Translations under genes and position numbers: made by a program
Shown: positions 36,939 through 49,768 of the stretch, piece after piece
Position numbering within the stretch: position 1 is the first letter of the stretch
Layout of the letters: each line of letters opens with the position of its first letter
Notes under the pieces: generated by a model
Database searches by the model: none
What the model saw: only the letters and a program-made list of their open reading frames with translations
What the model was told of the DNA's origin: nothing
Assembly (NCBI RefSeq): GCF_018977255.1
Contig: NW_024704821.1
Coordinates: 124,001 to 188,000 of the forward strand
Source of the DNA: Callorhinchus milii
Taxonomy: Eukaryota
DNA length: 64,000 bases
Direction: 5' to 3'

Positions 36939-37814
36939 GGGCTCAGTGCACAGTAATACCCCGCGGAGTCTGTATCTCTCACTTGGGATATATTTAATGG
37001 GACGGTTCTACGACTTTCATCCAGTTTCGTTGAGAAACGTTCTTTTGCAAAGTCTGCATGTTGCGGTTGGCCCCTGCGTATGTCCAAAGGATATATTCTG
37101 GAGCTTTGTTAGGATACTGACGGTACCAGAACAGATAGAGAGTGTTGCTTGTAGTTGTGTAATTACACTGGAGAGTAACATCCTCCTCTTCATTCACTGT
37201 CACTGTAGATTGGAGCTGTGTCACCGAATCACCTCTACAATATCCTGGGAAACAGATACAATGCAACAGCGTTCAATAAAATAATTATGATGACCGTGAT
37301 AAAGCTTGCAACTCATATAGCGAATTATCACAGCTTGGAGATGGCCAAGCGCTTCACACAATGGTTATTAATTGTATTTTCCGGGCAAAGCACACCAGCG
37401 TATGCACAGTGCAGTAACGCACAAAATGTCCTGCATGACGCCCCCATATTATCACAGGTAACATTTTTTGAGGGATTAACACCACCATAAAAGGCATCTG
37501 CCCATTGACTTATACCTGGAATCCTACGTATTCATAGGAAAGCACTCGCGAGTGTGTGGAGTCTGGAAACTTGCTGAAGGTTTTGACCTGTTCCGTCCTG
37601 GAATCGAGTCCAGCTCCTCTCCCTTGCTAGACAAGTGATCTAACAACTGAAGTGTAGTACTCCACGACCACAAGTGTCCTGTACCGTATCGGTTATTTGG
37701 TGCAATAAAACATAAGTTTTGGATTTCATTTGCAGGAACCAGACTTAAGGGGTAAGTTTTCCGCTTACCTGACAAGGCAATGATGGCGGCTGCTACATAC
37801 ATATACATGGCCAT
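36939..37814 (-). pseudogene. TCR V segment V15 (family A), frameshift in CDR2
   Basis: Leader 37814-37769 (MAMYMYVAAAIIALS); V exon 37244-36939 (306 nt) changes frame near 37060-37080, seen as two ORF-track halves. RSS: CACAGAG 36938-36932, 23 bp, ACAAAAACT 36908-36900. Confidence 0.85.
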
Positions 37815-38954
37815 ATATATTTAATGACGAGACGCGTTGAGACTGCGTTGATTGAATATTTGGAGAATGTTGGCCTAAAGATTCCGTGAGTAGGGCTGAA
37901 CAGGGAACAACAACACACAGAAGTTGTCATATATTGTGAGGGAGCAGGACTGAGTGTTATGTACAAGCCTTGTGTCTCTGTCATTCTGCGTCATCTTGTC
38001 TCGTCTGCCATTTCGCTCCTCCATTGGTTCTCTTCCATCGCTGACATATATTTGTTCAATCGGGTGTCTGAAACATGCAGCAAGTTACACCCATATTTAT
38101 GTTCAGCGAAAACATATACATGAGTTCCACAAAGGTGTGCCATCTGTGGAGGCCTGAAGCTCACTGTTTAAAGCCCTCACCATACAAGACCTGCGTTCGA
38201 TTCCAAGCAATCTGAAATGTTGGCCAGTTTCGCAACTCCCAACAAACAATTTTACCACAATTTTTTACAACTTTCATCAATAAGTAGGAAACTTCTTGTC
38301 AGTCGACTGTCGGTTACTTTGCTGGGGATAACAATCCCGTTTCGTATTTAAGATACACAGTGGCAACACTTTAAAGTAGACTGTGTGAAGCGCTTTAAGA
38401 CATCTCAGAAGCGCGATAAGGTGCCGTTTAACGTTCATGGATTAATATTATATACAGTCAAAAAAGGGAGTAGGAGATATTAAGCGGTAGCCCCTGAGTG
38501 TGTGCAGACACAATGGCCTAATGTGTGGGTTTTACTCCCCAGTTAGTTGAAAATTCCTTTCCTGCCCCTTTCCGGTCCATACATCTGGGTTTCAGCCGTT
38601 TGGGTACAAAACACATGTTTTTTTATTTTCAAAAAATAATTCATGCCTAATTCATATCTACAATTTATTTGCGCTGTATTGTGTATTTCGCTGAATCACA
38701 CTTAATATTTTAATATTTATTTTGGTAAACCTGGTGTCTGACACTGACACTTGTGGAATTCCAACACCATTCTTATGAGTATTCAAATAAACATAGAAAT
38801 ACAGCAATAATTCTTTCAGTTGATATCGCGCCTTGTCACATAATACAGACGTCCGAGAGCGTCTCACGTAATACATTGTATAGAAAATTTGTTGCATGGT
38901 TCGTGGAAGAAATGAGGCAGTAAAAACAACTTGGATATATATATATATGTATAT

Positions 38955-39300
38955 ATAGCGCCCTCCATGCAGAAAGTGTCTCAGAGCTTCACAGTAACGG
39001 ATCCCGGGCCGAGTCAGGGGCAGGGGGAGGAAGGTGACTAAAGTCGCGGCCGAAAAGAAAGGTCTTCAGCAGAGACTTAACTTTAGGAAGAGAAGGGGCG
39101 AGGCGAAGGGCGGGAGGAAGTGAGTTACAGAGCCTCGGGGCATATTGGCGGAAGGCACGGCCGCCGATGGGTTGAACGGAGGAGTCGGGGGATGAGTAGG
39201 AGGACAGACCCGGTGGAACGAAGGCAACAGGAAGGGTTTTGAGGAGTAAGGAGTTCAGAGAGGTGGGTGCAGAGGGGTGGAGGGATTTGAAGAGAAGGCT
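38955..39300 (-). mobile_element. L2-clade LINE 3' fragment (end of ORF2 plus tail)
   Basis: The ORF track gives GGRAFRQYAPRLCNSLPPALRLAPSLPKVKSLLKTFLF, the typical L2 ORF2 C-terminus, followed by a GTGAAGCTCTGAGAC..GGCGCTATATA tail and a (TA)n run. Confidence 0.85.
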
Positions 39301-39945
39301 GAGGCAGCCAATTTTACACAGCGGTGCCGCATAAGTAGTCATGAAATGCGTTTTAGTCCTTATAATTTAAAACAATATTTTAAGAGATATTACCCGAGTA
39401 TCAATATCTACTTAAGCGGAGTTATGCGTGAAGAGAAAGCAAACTTTTCAAGGGTATAGCCCTCTACTGTCGGGTACTCGAACCCAGTTACTCTCGCTTG
39501 CAAGTCGAGTCCTCAAACTATTATACTACAGGATAGCACAATCCGGCAGATATGATATGAAAATTTCGTGATTAAGGAGGTTGAAGGAAACTCAGAGGCA
39601 GAGGATGCAGTACGTTTATAATGGTGAACAAAAGGGGAATTGCTGGATGATTTCCAGCTCACTGCAAGGTAAACCGAGGTATGTCTGTGAAGAAAGCATA
39701 TTTGCTTAAAGTTACCCCCTTCATTGAAATCGATCCCACGACCCATCGCTTGCGAGTCGAGTGTTCTCAACAGTGATTTACACGTCTCCACAGTCCTGCA
39801 GCCATGACATGAACATCCCGACATTAATAAGGAAATTGAGGGAAACTAAGAGACAGTGAGCGCTGAGCAGTTATTGTGATGAACAAATTGCTGACTGATC
39901 ACTGGAGGTTTGTGTACGGCCTCTCTATGTGATTGTCTCACTGTG

Positions 39946-40394
39946 TCTCCACTGCACACAAGTAGGTGGCGGCGTCTGTCACTTCTGTGCCTGTGATGCT
40001 CAGGTTACTGCGCTTCTCTCTATAGTTCATTGAAGCTGTGATCCTCTCCTTCTGTTGCTCTCCTGTCTGTCCTGTTACCAAGTGTTTGAGAGCCTGGTTC
40101 GGGTACTGTCTGTACCATTGTAAGCCCTGACCCTGTTCTGTTGTGGAACAGCTGATAAGCACTTGTTCATTCTCACCAACAGACACAGAGAGTGGCGACT
40201 GGGAGACTTTATCCTGTCCACTGACCCCTGGTAAATACAAGACAATCTGTTTAAGAAACTCACTCGTAAATTGTGGTGGAATTAAATACAATTACACACA
40301 ACGAGAAAACGGGTCTTGTCTGAGAACCAAACTCACCCCAGAGCGAAAGGTCAGCTTTCAGGAGGATGATTATTAAAGAATAATAGCACATCAT
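39946..40394 (-). CDS. TCR V segment V16 (family D), apparently functional
   Basis: Leader 40394-40337 (MMCYYSLIIILLKADLSLW); V exon 40227-39946 ending DAATYLCAVE. RSS: CACAGTG 39945-39939, 23 bp, ACACAAACC 39915-39907. Confidence 0.92.
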
Positions 40395-41751
40395 AGCCGA
40401 TCTTTCTGCGACTTGATGAAGAAACGCAAGTTTCCTTAAAATACAGGCAGGTTTCCTTACTCCACAAGGATCTGTTTATCGAGAAGTAAGTAGGAATTAG
40501 GTTGTTAGTCGATTGGCGGTTTGATTTTCTGGGGAATGATAATCCCTGAAAAAAAATATTACACTCTATCGTCGGCTGTTTGAGAGACTCCGCTGTGCGC
40601 AATAGCAATACGTTTTCGTTTCTCGCCAATGCATTGCACAGTCGCTGAGCTTTACAGTATATTATGTGAAGCGCTTTGAGAGGCTTCAGTGACGAATTAA
40701 GGCGCGGAATCGAGTGTCAAGGATTATTGTTACATAGAGAGTCAAAATAAGGTAAGACGAGGTATTCAGTCGAAGCCCCTGAGTGTGTGCAGACGACTGG
40801 ACAATGGCCAAATGTGTGTTGGCTTCACATCCCCGGGGGCGGGTGTCAATTTGATAACGAGGAGAAACGAGCCATTGAGAGGGTTCAAAGCGGAAAGGGG
40901 GAGCCACGTGAAGTCAGCAGTTTCTCAGAAGTCTCTGCCCCAATTAGTTGAAAGTTCTGCCCCTTTCCGCTCCAGGATTCTGGTTTACAGCCGTTTAGGT
41001 CGATTTTGTAGCTAAAATTTGTTGTACTCTACGGTTCATTTCACTGAATGATGCTTCATGTATTAACGTTCACGTTTGTAACCTGTGTGTCTGACACATG
41101 GAGATAAACTTCACTGTGATTTTGTGTATCCGAAACAAACTGCGACTTACAATTATCAGCTTATGTATTTCTATTGCGACGTATTACATCTTCTGGACGT
41201 CTCGAAGTGCTTCACGGTTATAATTTAGTATATAGTGACTGCGTTTTGTGGTGACGGAACTTGGCTGCCAGTTGCGCACAAGAATATCCCACAAAGATTG
41301 ATTGATTGGGTGACCACATTATCTATCTTTAATTTGAAGGAATTGCTACACTTTCTTATAAGTTTTGATCCCGCCAATCGATGACCAACCAGTTTCCTAC
41401 GTAATGCCAGGTAAATAGAATTATTGGGAGTAAGAAATATGCAGTGGTTGAAACACGGCAGCCAATTTCACACAACGGTGTCACGTAGACATGCGATCGA
41501 TTAAGTATTCTTTTTCGATATTTTTTACGAATTATTATTCGCGGAACTGTGTTCTGCTAATCGACGTACAACCGAGTTAGTAATTATTGCAAGTCAAACA
41601 GTGGCACGTGCAGCAACGAAATTTATCCTCCGTTTTGCACAGCCTGGAATCGAACCCAGCCACTCGTTTGCAAGGCGATTGCTCCATCCAATGATCTACA
41701 GTATACCCAGAATGTTTTTGTACAGGTCCCTCTTAGACACACAGCACTGTG

Positions 41752-42204
41752 CTCACCGCACAGAAGTAAGTGGCGGTGTCTGATACTCTCACGTTTTGGA
41801 TCGTTAGAGTGCAGTTTCCCTGCCTTGTATTAGCAAAAGCTCTTATCCTGTCCTTCACATTGATGTCGCTTTTTCCCAAAACCAAGAACCGGATGGAGCC
41901 GTTTCCATACTGTTTGTACCAGTGAAAGTAAGGTTTGTTTCCAGTGATGCTGCACTCCATAGATACGTTTCCATGTTCATTCTCTGTCATGGCCTCAGGT
42001 CTCTGTGACACATCGCTTTCAGCCAAAACACCTGGGAAATAGAAATGAAAATTCTTTGCAAGAAATTCCGAAAATATCTGCGAAGAAAATTTGAAATCAC
42101 TTTGCAGGAAAACTAGAATATTTGCCCAAACTCCTGTGCTACTTACACAGTGGAAATATAACTAAATTCAAAATAATATATTTTGCATTGTAAATCTGCT
42201 TCAT
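41752..42204 (-). CDS. TCR V segment V17 (family C), apparently functional
   Basis: Leader 42204-42147; V exon 42031-41752. RSS: CACAGTG 41751-41745, 23 bp, ACAAAAACA 41721-41713. Confidence 0.92.
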
Positions 42205-43898
42205 TCTCAACTCGTGTAGATTCAAGTGAACTTGTTTCGTTGACATGCAGTGAGAAATCGTTTAAGCGTAGCACCCGGTTTATAGACTTTTTATTATGTG
42301 AGAAGATGGCACTATCCTTTCTCTGTTTATTGCTGAAGGTGTATTGCGACTCCGCCTATCGTTTGTGCTCAGATTCCATTCGATTCGCTGTGGCAAACCA
42401 CAGTAATATGTGAAAGAGACAATGTAAAGTGACACAGTTACAAATACTGAAGGAAAGGTACAAATAACAGTAATGATTTTTGATATTGACATAGAGCCTT
42501 TTCACGTCTTCGAGTCGTCTCGAATTCTTTCACAGATTATACTGTTTTGCCAATTGATTGTGTAATTTCAGGGTTTACAATTACGCCATCCAATAGCACA
42601 CAGTAATGTCACACATACAGTCTAGGATGGAGTGACCAGTTTACCACTCTATTGAAAGTTTTATTACACCGGAAATCGATCCATCATCCGAGTAATAAAT
42701 GGGTTCCTATTTACTGCGAGGTTAAACCGAGGCATGTGGCGTAAGGAAACTTGGCCAAAACTCCGCCCCGATGGGAATCGAAAACACGTCTCCTACTTGC
42801 GAGGAGACTGCTCTAACCACTCAGCTATAGGACCAAGATAGCTTTGGAAAGTGCCCAGATCTTGGTAACTTGGCGACTTGCAAGAATAATATATCAGGAA
42901 CCTTGTCATTGAGAGAATTAGATCATACGATTCTCAGTGTCGTACAGATGCCAAGTTAAGGATAGTTTAGGATACAAGGAAGAAGATTTCCAATAATCGT
43001 GGGAGTTGGACAGTGAAAGATTCCTGAAGCACCCTAACATTGTGTAGACTGATCACCTACACTTTGTGATAAACTTTGATTCGAATAATCTACGTTTCGA
43101 ATGCATCTGTTGTTCATAATGGAATGTGCAAACCAGTAAAAGGAAGAGGTTGGCAATCTTCTGAAAACGATTGGAAATAGGGTACAATAATATATGTTAT
43201 TGAACCAATTTTTTGAACCATTGGTGTCTGTGGGAAACATCAGCGCACCAATGACACCCAGTGGTCATGCGTCGCAATAGAATTGTTCAGCTGAACCCAA
43301 AATAACAATTATGATAATACTAATGGTTGCATTTGATGCAACGCCTCATAATGCCGTTGGGACGTCAGAAAGAGTTTCGTAGGATATTGTGTGTGGTGTA
43401 ATAATGTACAGCGTTTTTCGGGAGCGAAAAGTGGGGGTCTATTGCACACAATCAGTCAACGATTGTGTTACCAAATTGTTGTCATTATTTTTAAGGGATT
43501 ATTACTCCTGGAAAAGCGATCCGAATGACAAACCGTGTGGCTGCAACTGCTAGGTAGGCAGAAGCATGTGTGTGGAGCAAACACATTTGCCCAAAGTTTC
43601 GTTCCACCCGGGAATCGATCCCAGAACTTCATGCTTGCAAACTGAATTGTCTTAAGTCTAAATAATACACCACACGACTTTCGACATGATTCCCTTTAAC
43701 TGATTTCATCGATAACGTTTTAAGCGCTGCTTTGATTATAAACAAATCAGCAAATTTCGCCCTTGTGTCGCCAATCTGCTTGTGAAATTTTCTCTGTATT
43801 AAAATAAATACAAATGCAATGACTCCCACTCGCGGTTTCGCGATAAAACAAGCAGCTGGAGTTGTTGTACGGAGCCGCCATAGTACGGCAGCAATGTG

Positions 43899-44666
43899 GG
43901 CCTCTTGGCGCTGTAATATACGAACTGTCCCTGATCAGGACGGTTACAATACTCAGTTCGAAATATTCACTTGTTTTATTGACGGTGGAGTAGAATCAAT
44001 TTGGGAAGTCAGAGCTCATATAATCCGTTCCTGAAATTGAGCGAAGTATGTAGACAGGAGCGTTCCTGGAAGCTTGTCTGTACCAGTAGAGGTAGGAGGT
44101 GTCATTGATTTTCTTTAAGCTGCAGGATAATTTCACATCATTTCGCTCTTCAACTGTTGTATCGCCTTTCTGTTGTTTCACCGTGTTTTGCAGACTGTTT
44201 CCTGTGATTCAAAAGAAAAGATAGTGGAACAGCAAGTTTGTCTTATGTGGAGCTCTGCAGTGTATTGGTGACAACATTCGCATCATAAGCAAGAGGATCT
44301 ATACCAGGGCAGGACGAAAGCTTTCGAAATTATCCTTGCTCCATACGCCTCTGTTTATCAAGCAGAAAATCGGAACAACTTTGTTAGTCGATTGCAGTTT
44401 ATCTTTTCCAGGGGTAATTAGTCCTTCAGTGTTAATTTGATAAAGACAAGTAATAATTTGGTTACTCAATCCATGAATATTCGGTCAAAACTGTTGTCCG
44501 CAATCGGCTCGAATATATGAAAAGGCACAATGTCTAATCAAACGATTATTAATGTTGTAATGTTGTAAAAGGTATAATAAGATATTAAAAAAAAGAAACT
44601 ATACAAAAGACACTAACGGCAAAGTAAGCTGAGAGTGATTGAGAACACAGCACATGTCTCCCACAT
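43899..44666 (-). pseudogene. TCR V segment V18 (family E), stop, frameshift and C104S
   Basis: Leader 44666-44618 (MWETCAVFSITLSLLC); V exon 44201-43899 with CGA>TGA (DFPN*), a -1 indel before YY, and YYSAKR. RSS: CACATTG 43898-43892, 23 bp, decayed ACAACAACT 43868-43860. Confidence 0.9.
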
Positions 44667-44729
44667 GAGCACCTGATCCCGTGTCTGACATTAACTCCCC
44701 AATGTGGACTGATGGGGCTTTTGGGCTCA

Positions 44730-44990
44730 GTAGCCACACAATTAATCCCCGCCCACAAAGGGCCCCGCCCACACAGCGACTGCCACGCCCACGGAGCTAC
44801 GTCACTCAGTCACTGCCCCGCCCGCAGAGAGCCCCGCCCACACAGCCACTCCCACTCATACTGCTACGTCATCAGTCACTGCCCCGCCCGCACTGAGCCC
44901 CGCCCACGAAGCCTCTGCCAAGTCCATACTGCTACGTCATCAGTCACTGCCCCGCCCGCACTGAGCCGCATCGCCCAATCACTGCAGTTA
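44730..44990 (-). promoter_or_regulatory. GC-box/CRE-rich tandem-repeat promoter of family-E V18
   Basis: Three CTACGTCA..GTCACTGCCCCGCCC units plus a CCAAT upstream of the leader. Confidence 0.6.
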
Positions 44991-46049
44991 CATTCAGAGC
45001 TCCGCCCCCACAGCGTCCCGCCCCATCCACTCCCCTCACGCAAACACACACAGTGCCACACAATCAGGTCACTCAATCCACAACAATATGTGGGCCACGA
45101 GTTTGCAAAGTTTGCTACCAAGTTTCGCCCACACAATACAATCTAACAACCCAAGCAACCCCTTCCACACTCCACCCCACACCCCACACTCTCCCACACC
45201 CACAGTGCCGCAAAGTAAAGCAACTCAAACCACAACATTTTGTGGCATATTGCTGTACACAATTGGCATCAAACAATATAGTCACTCGACTTTTCAGCGT
45301 ATTCTTTGAAGAGCTTTCAGACATCTCAATGACATAATATGGCAGTATATCAAATACAATGTTTGTCATTATTATCGTTATTATTACTGTGTTGAATAAG
45401 AAATGCCCTTACAATTGTGTTCATTAACCGTGCTAGAGAAATGATTTTATCAAATACAGCCTTGTTATTTGGTCAATACGCCACAAAACTCCTGCGGTTT
45501 AAAACTAGTTATTTCTCGAGCAGTGCAATGGCAGCTTTATAGTCCCTTCATACAAGCCGCCTGGACGTGGGATTAATATCAACTCGGCAGGACGAGATTC
45601 ACCGACAATAAAGACAGCCAGGCCTGCTCTAGAATGTCAGCCCAGAAGAGAAGAAAATAATTCGATACATATTACACAGTGATCTTTTCAGTCGCATTTC
45701 AATGTGTCAGTTGCGTGGTGAAATATCAATGTTTTTATTATGAAGTAATACACCTATTAAATAGCTTAATGTTCACGTTTAATGTAGTTGCCTAACCAAA
45801 CAGTGAGGAGTGAGACGTATATTATTTTCACACAGCAACTTGTTCCGATCTTGAACGCGTTGCCTGAAAGGGCGACTGAAGCCGTTACGGTTACAACTTT
45901 CAAGAGCGAATTGTTTTACCGTAGATAAAACTATTTATTATCGGCTGCTATTTGGGATGAAGGCAATAATATTCAACATGCGGCATAGAAATTGTTTCTT
46001 GATCAACCCAAGCCTTGTGTGAATACTTTAGGCAAGTATTTGGAAATTT

Positions 46050-46225
46050 CAGTTGAAGCAGCAATAGTGTGTATGAGTGAACACTGTCAACTGCAACAGG
46101 AAGCACCTGTTGCTGCTACAAAGGAAGTTAGTTACAGAAAGCAACGTGACAAGTTATGTTAATTGAAGCTCATCTTCCATGTGTTTGTTTAGTGCGCCAT
46201 CTGCTGATGGATTGTAGCTACAGCA
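46050..46225 (-). promoter_or_regulatory. Ets/E-box/CTCF-like module, copy 8
   Basis: AGGAAGCACCTG 46098-46109; TCAGCAGATGGCGC on minus at 46207-46194. Confidence 0.6.
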
Positions 46226-46479
46226 CGTATACATTTGATGGGGTTTCACAGCATAATTGTTTTTGTTTTTGCACTGGAATTTGATATACTAGTCGCATTT
46301 CCCTGCTCGTTACTCCTATTTTCTGTTGTTCCCTGGAACATTCGTGTACAACGTCAGTCACATTCCTCAATTTGACCTTTCTCTGTGCAAACATTTGCTG
46401 CCTCACTTGCACCCCCATTTTAATTCAATTCCTTGCATTTTCAGTTCATCGCCAAAACGCTCCCCTAAGTGGAAAGCGC

Positions 46480-46810
46480 TAAATTGGAATACCAAGAGGC
46501 CATTCTGCTCCTTGACCCTTTTCCAACGTTATATTATATCATGGCTGATCTATCCCTCAGCTCATATTCCCGCCATTTCGCCCAAACGATTGAAATTCGG
46601 AGCAAAAATAAACGTATTGAACTACGTCTGGAAAACACGAATGGAACCAACATCCCTAACCTCGTTGTGGAAGTTTTGCAGATTTCCTTAAATTTTTCAT
46701 AATTTTTTTTCTCATTTTCTCTGCTAACTGGACTGGCTCTAATGCACTCTTATTCAACATTCCTCCACCAACCAGAATAAGCAGTTTCTCTATACATGGA
46801 GGAAATAGTT
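46480..46810 (-). mobile_element. Degenerate CR1 LINE 3' fragment
   Basis: Paralog of 640-965. Confidence 0.6.
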
Positions 46811-46959
46811 TTTGTGTAAACTGTATAAATGGGACATGTTTATTTTGATGTTTTCTTGCGTAATAAAGCAGCATAGAAAGAAACTTGCAAATAACAGCGT
46901 TCCCCAGAGCTAAGCCATTTTGAATTATTACTTGGATGATAACATGACTACAGTTAATA

Positions 46960-47337
46960 ACAATGATAGCAATAAAAGTTGCATTTGATATAACGACATA
47001 TCACATTTTCGAGACGCCTCACAGTGCTTCATATAATATACCGTAAATGAATTGACTGTATATTGTGAGTGCAAAGCACTGCAGCAAACTGTACACAGCG
47101 CTACCCCAGTGGACGAAGTGCCCAATTTATTATCAACACTAATATTCCGAAGGAATTGTTATCTCAGGAAAATCGAAACACCAATCTATTAACAACCTGC
47201 ATCCAACTTACTGTTGGTAACCAGAGACGTGTGTGTGTGGAATAAGGAAAGTTGCACAATGTTTCGTTCTGCTGGGAATTGAACCAAAGTCTCTCGCTTG
47301 TGAGGCGAGTGCTATAACCATTGAGCTGCAGGACCCC
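46960..47337 (-). mobile_element. tRNA-SINE behind the V19 nonamer
   Basis: GGGGTCCTGCAGCTCAATGG..GGTTCAATTCCC head, degenerate central domain and tail. Confidence 0.75.
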
Positions 47338-47383
47338 ACAGGGCAGTTTTTGTAGTGCGGAACCGCTGATGTGCGCCTCTGTG

Positions 47384-48199
47384 GGGCTCAGTGCACAGTA
47401 ATACCCCGCGGAGTCCGTAATTCTCACTTGCAATATATTTAATGGGACGGTTCTCTCCGCTTGAGACACACTCGCTGAGAAGCGTTGTTTTGCAAATTCC
47501 GCGTGGTCCTTGTTCCTGTTTTTGGTGGATGTTCTGAGGATATATTCTGGAGCTTTGTTGGTTAAGTGACGGTACCAGAACAGATAGTCAGAGCCGGTGT
47601 TTGCACCTGTATAATTACACTGCAGAGAAACATCCTCCCCTTCAGTCACTGTCACAATAGTTTGGAGCTGTGTTACACCATCTCCTCCACAACGTCCTGG
47701 GAACCAGAAGTAGAATGATAACAGTAATAATAGCTGTTCTTATATTTGATACAGAGCTTTTTCATGTCGTTAACTTATCACCAAACATTTCACAGAGTAT
47801 ACTGTCTCTGTGCATTTTGGGCGCGAAACTTGTGACCGCATTGCTATTAGTAATTGTTTTTTTAAAGGATTATCAGTCCCGAAATGCGATCCATCGATCG
47901 GCAAAATAAATGTCACCTATTTACTGCTTGGTAAAGAGTTACATGTGAGTAGATTAAAGAAACTTGACTAACGTTTCACTGTGTCTCAACGGGGAACTGA
48001 TCACAGTTCCTCTCACTTGCGAGGCCGATTCGCTGTCCAATAAGGTACAGAACCTTATGTATCATTTCACCTGTTAGTTATTTTGTGCAATAAAACATAT
48101 GCATTGCATAATACGGTCAGGAACCAGAATGATAGAGCGAGTTTATCGCTTACCTGACAAGGTAATGATCACTGCTACCACATAGATATACATCGCCAT
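47384..48199 (-). CDS. TCR V segment V19 (family A), apparently functional
   Basis: Leader 48199-48154; V exon 47696-47384 ending DSAGYYCALS. RSS: CACAGAG 47383-47377, 23 bp, ACAAAAACT 47353-47345. Confidence 0.93.
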
Positions 48200-49346
48200 A
48201 TGTGCTTAACGGCGCGGGGCGTTGAGAGAGCGTTGATGGTGTAGTTGGAGAATGGTTCCTGGGAGGCTATAAGATACCCTGAGGAGCGCTAAACAGGAAA
48301 CAACATACAGAAGTTAATATATACTGTGAGGGAGCATGTCTGAGGGTTATGTACAATCCTTGTCTCTGTCACTGTGCGTCATTTTCTCTGCTCTGCCATC
48401 TCGCTCCTCCATTGGTTCTCTTTCATCACTGAGATGTCTTCGTTCAGGCGGGTGTCTGACACCTGCAGCAAGTTACACACATATTTCAGTTCATCCAAAA
48501 CAATTGCATGTGTTCCACATCTCTGTGCCATCTGTGCATGACAATGTGCCTGTGGAAAGGAACATGCTTTCTTCTTGGAAGGACATATCCAGATTAAGTA
48601 TCTTCGCAGATCCCTAGGCAAAGACCGTCAAGGGTCTTGGGCATGTTTCCTTACTCCATACGCCTTATTATATTCCCTCCAAAACAATAATAAATAGATC
48701 ATTTCAACGACTGTTTGTGGGTCACTGCTGTGCGCAATTGGCTACCGCGTTTGGCTTACAAATATACGGTTAATTCACATTACTGTATAATCTGTGAAGC
48801 GCTTTGAGAAATTTAGAAGACGTGAAAAGCGCTATATCACAAGCAACGATTATTTATTATTATTAGAAGCAATAACACACTGATTCTGATTTAAGTACTT
48901 TAAATTTTCTTTTCTTGTTAATATCTAGGATTGGTATGCCACCTGTCTCGTTGCAGGAATAACATACTGGTATCTCCAGAAGCTGCAACATGTAAAGATT
49001 TCTGTTTATATAATAGCAATCCTTGACTTCGATATAGCACCTAATCCTGCATTCGAGATGTGTCGATGATCTTAAAAGGATATAATAATCATTATGATAA
49101 TCATTGCGTTTAATATATAACCTGATCACGTGATCGAGACGTCTCAAATCGCCTCACACGATATCACGTAATATGAATTGGTTCGATGTTTGTTGGGCGC
49201 AGTGTGGCGGCAAACTTACCCCGAATTAAGAGGCAGAAACTAAGAGGCAGTGTGTGCTGAGCAGTTACTGTGATGAACAAGAGGGGAATTGCCGGCTGAT
49301 CACTGGAGGTTTGTGTACGGCCTCTCTGTGTGATTGTCTCACTGTG

Positions 49347-49768
49347 TCTCCAGTGCACACAAGTAAGTGGCGGCGTCTGTCACTTCTGTGCCTGTGATGC
49401 TCAGATTACTGCCCTTCTCTCTATAGTTCATTGTAGCTGTGATCCTCTCCTTCTGCTGCTCTCCTGTCTGTCCTGTTACCAAGTGTTTGAGGGTCTGGTT
49501 CGGATACTGTCTGTACCATTGTAATACCTGCGATTCTGTTGTGGAACAGCTAATAATTACTTGTTCCTTCTCCCCAGCAGTCACAGGGAGTGGCGACTGG
49601 GAGACTGTATCCTGACCACTGACATCTGGTAAACACAAAACAATTTGTTTGTGAAATTCACCCATTAATTTAAGTAGAACTACATACAATTTCTCGAAAG
49701 CACACTCACCCCAGAGGGTCACGGCAGCTATCAGGAGCAGGAATGCTAAAGTGTAAATCGCACTTCAT
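49347..49768 (-). CDS. TCR V segment V20 (family D), V exon intact, leader +1 frameshift (status uncertain)
   Basis: V exon 49625-49347 open (YLCALE). Leader 49768-49710 is 59 nt, with an extra base in the run at 49755-49757. RSS: CACAGTG 49346-49340, 23 bp, ACACAAACC 49316-49308. Confidence 0.8.
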
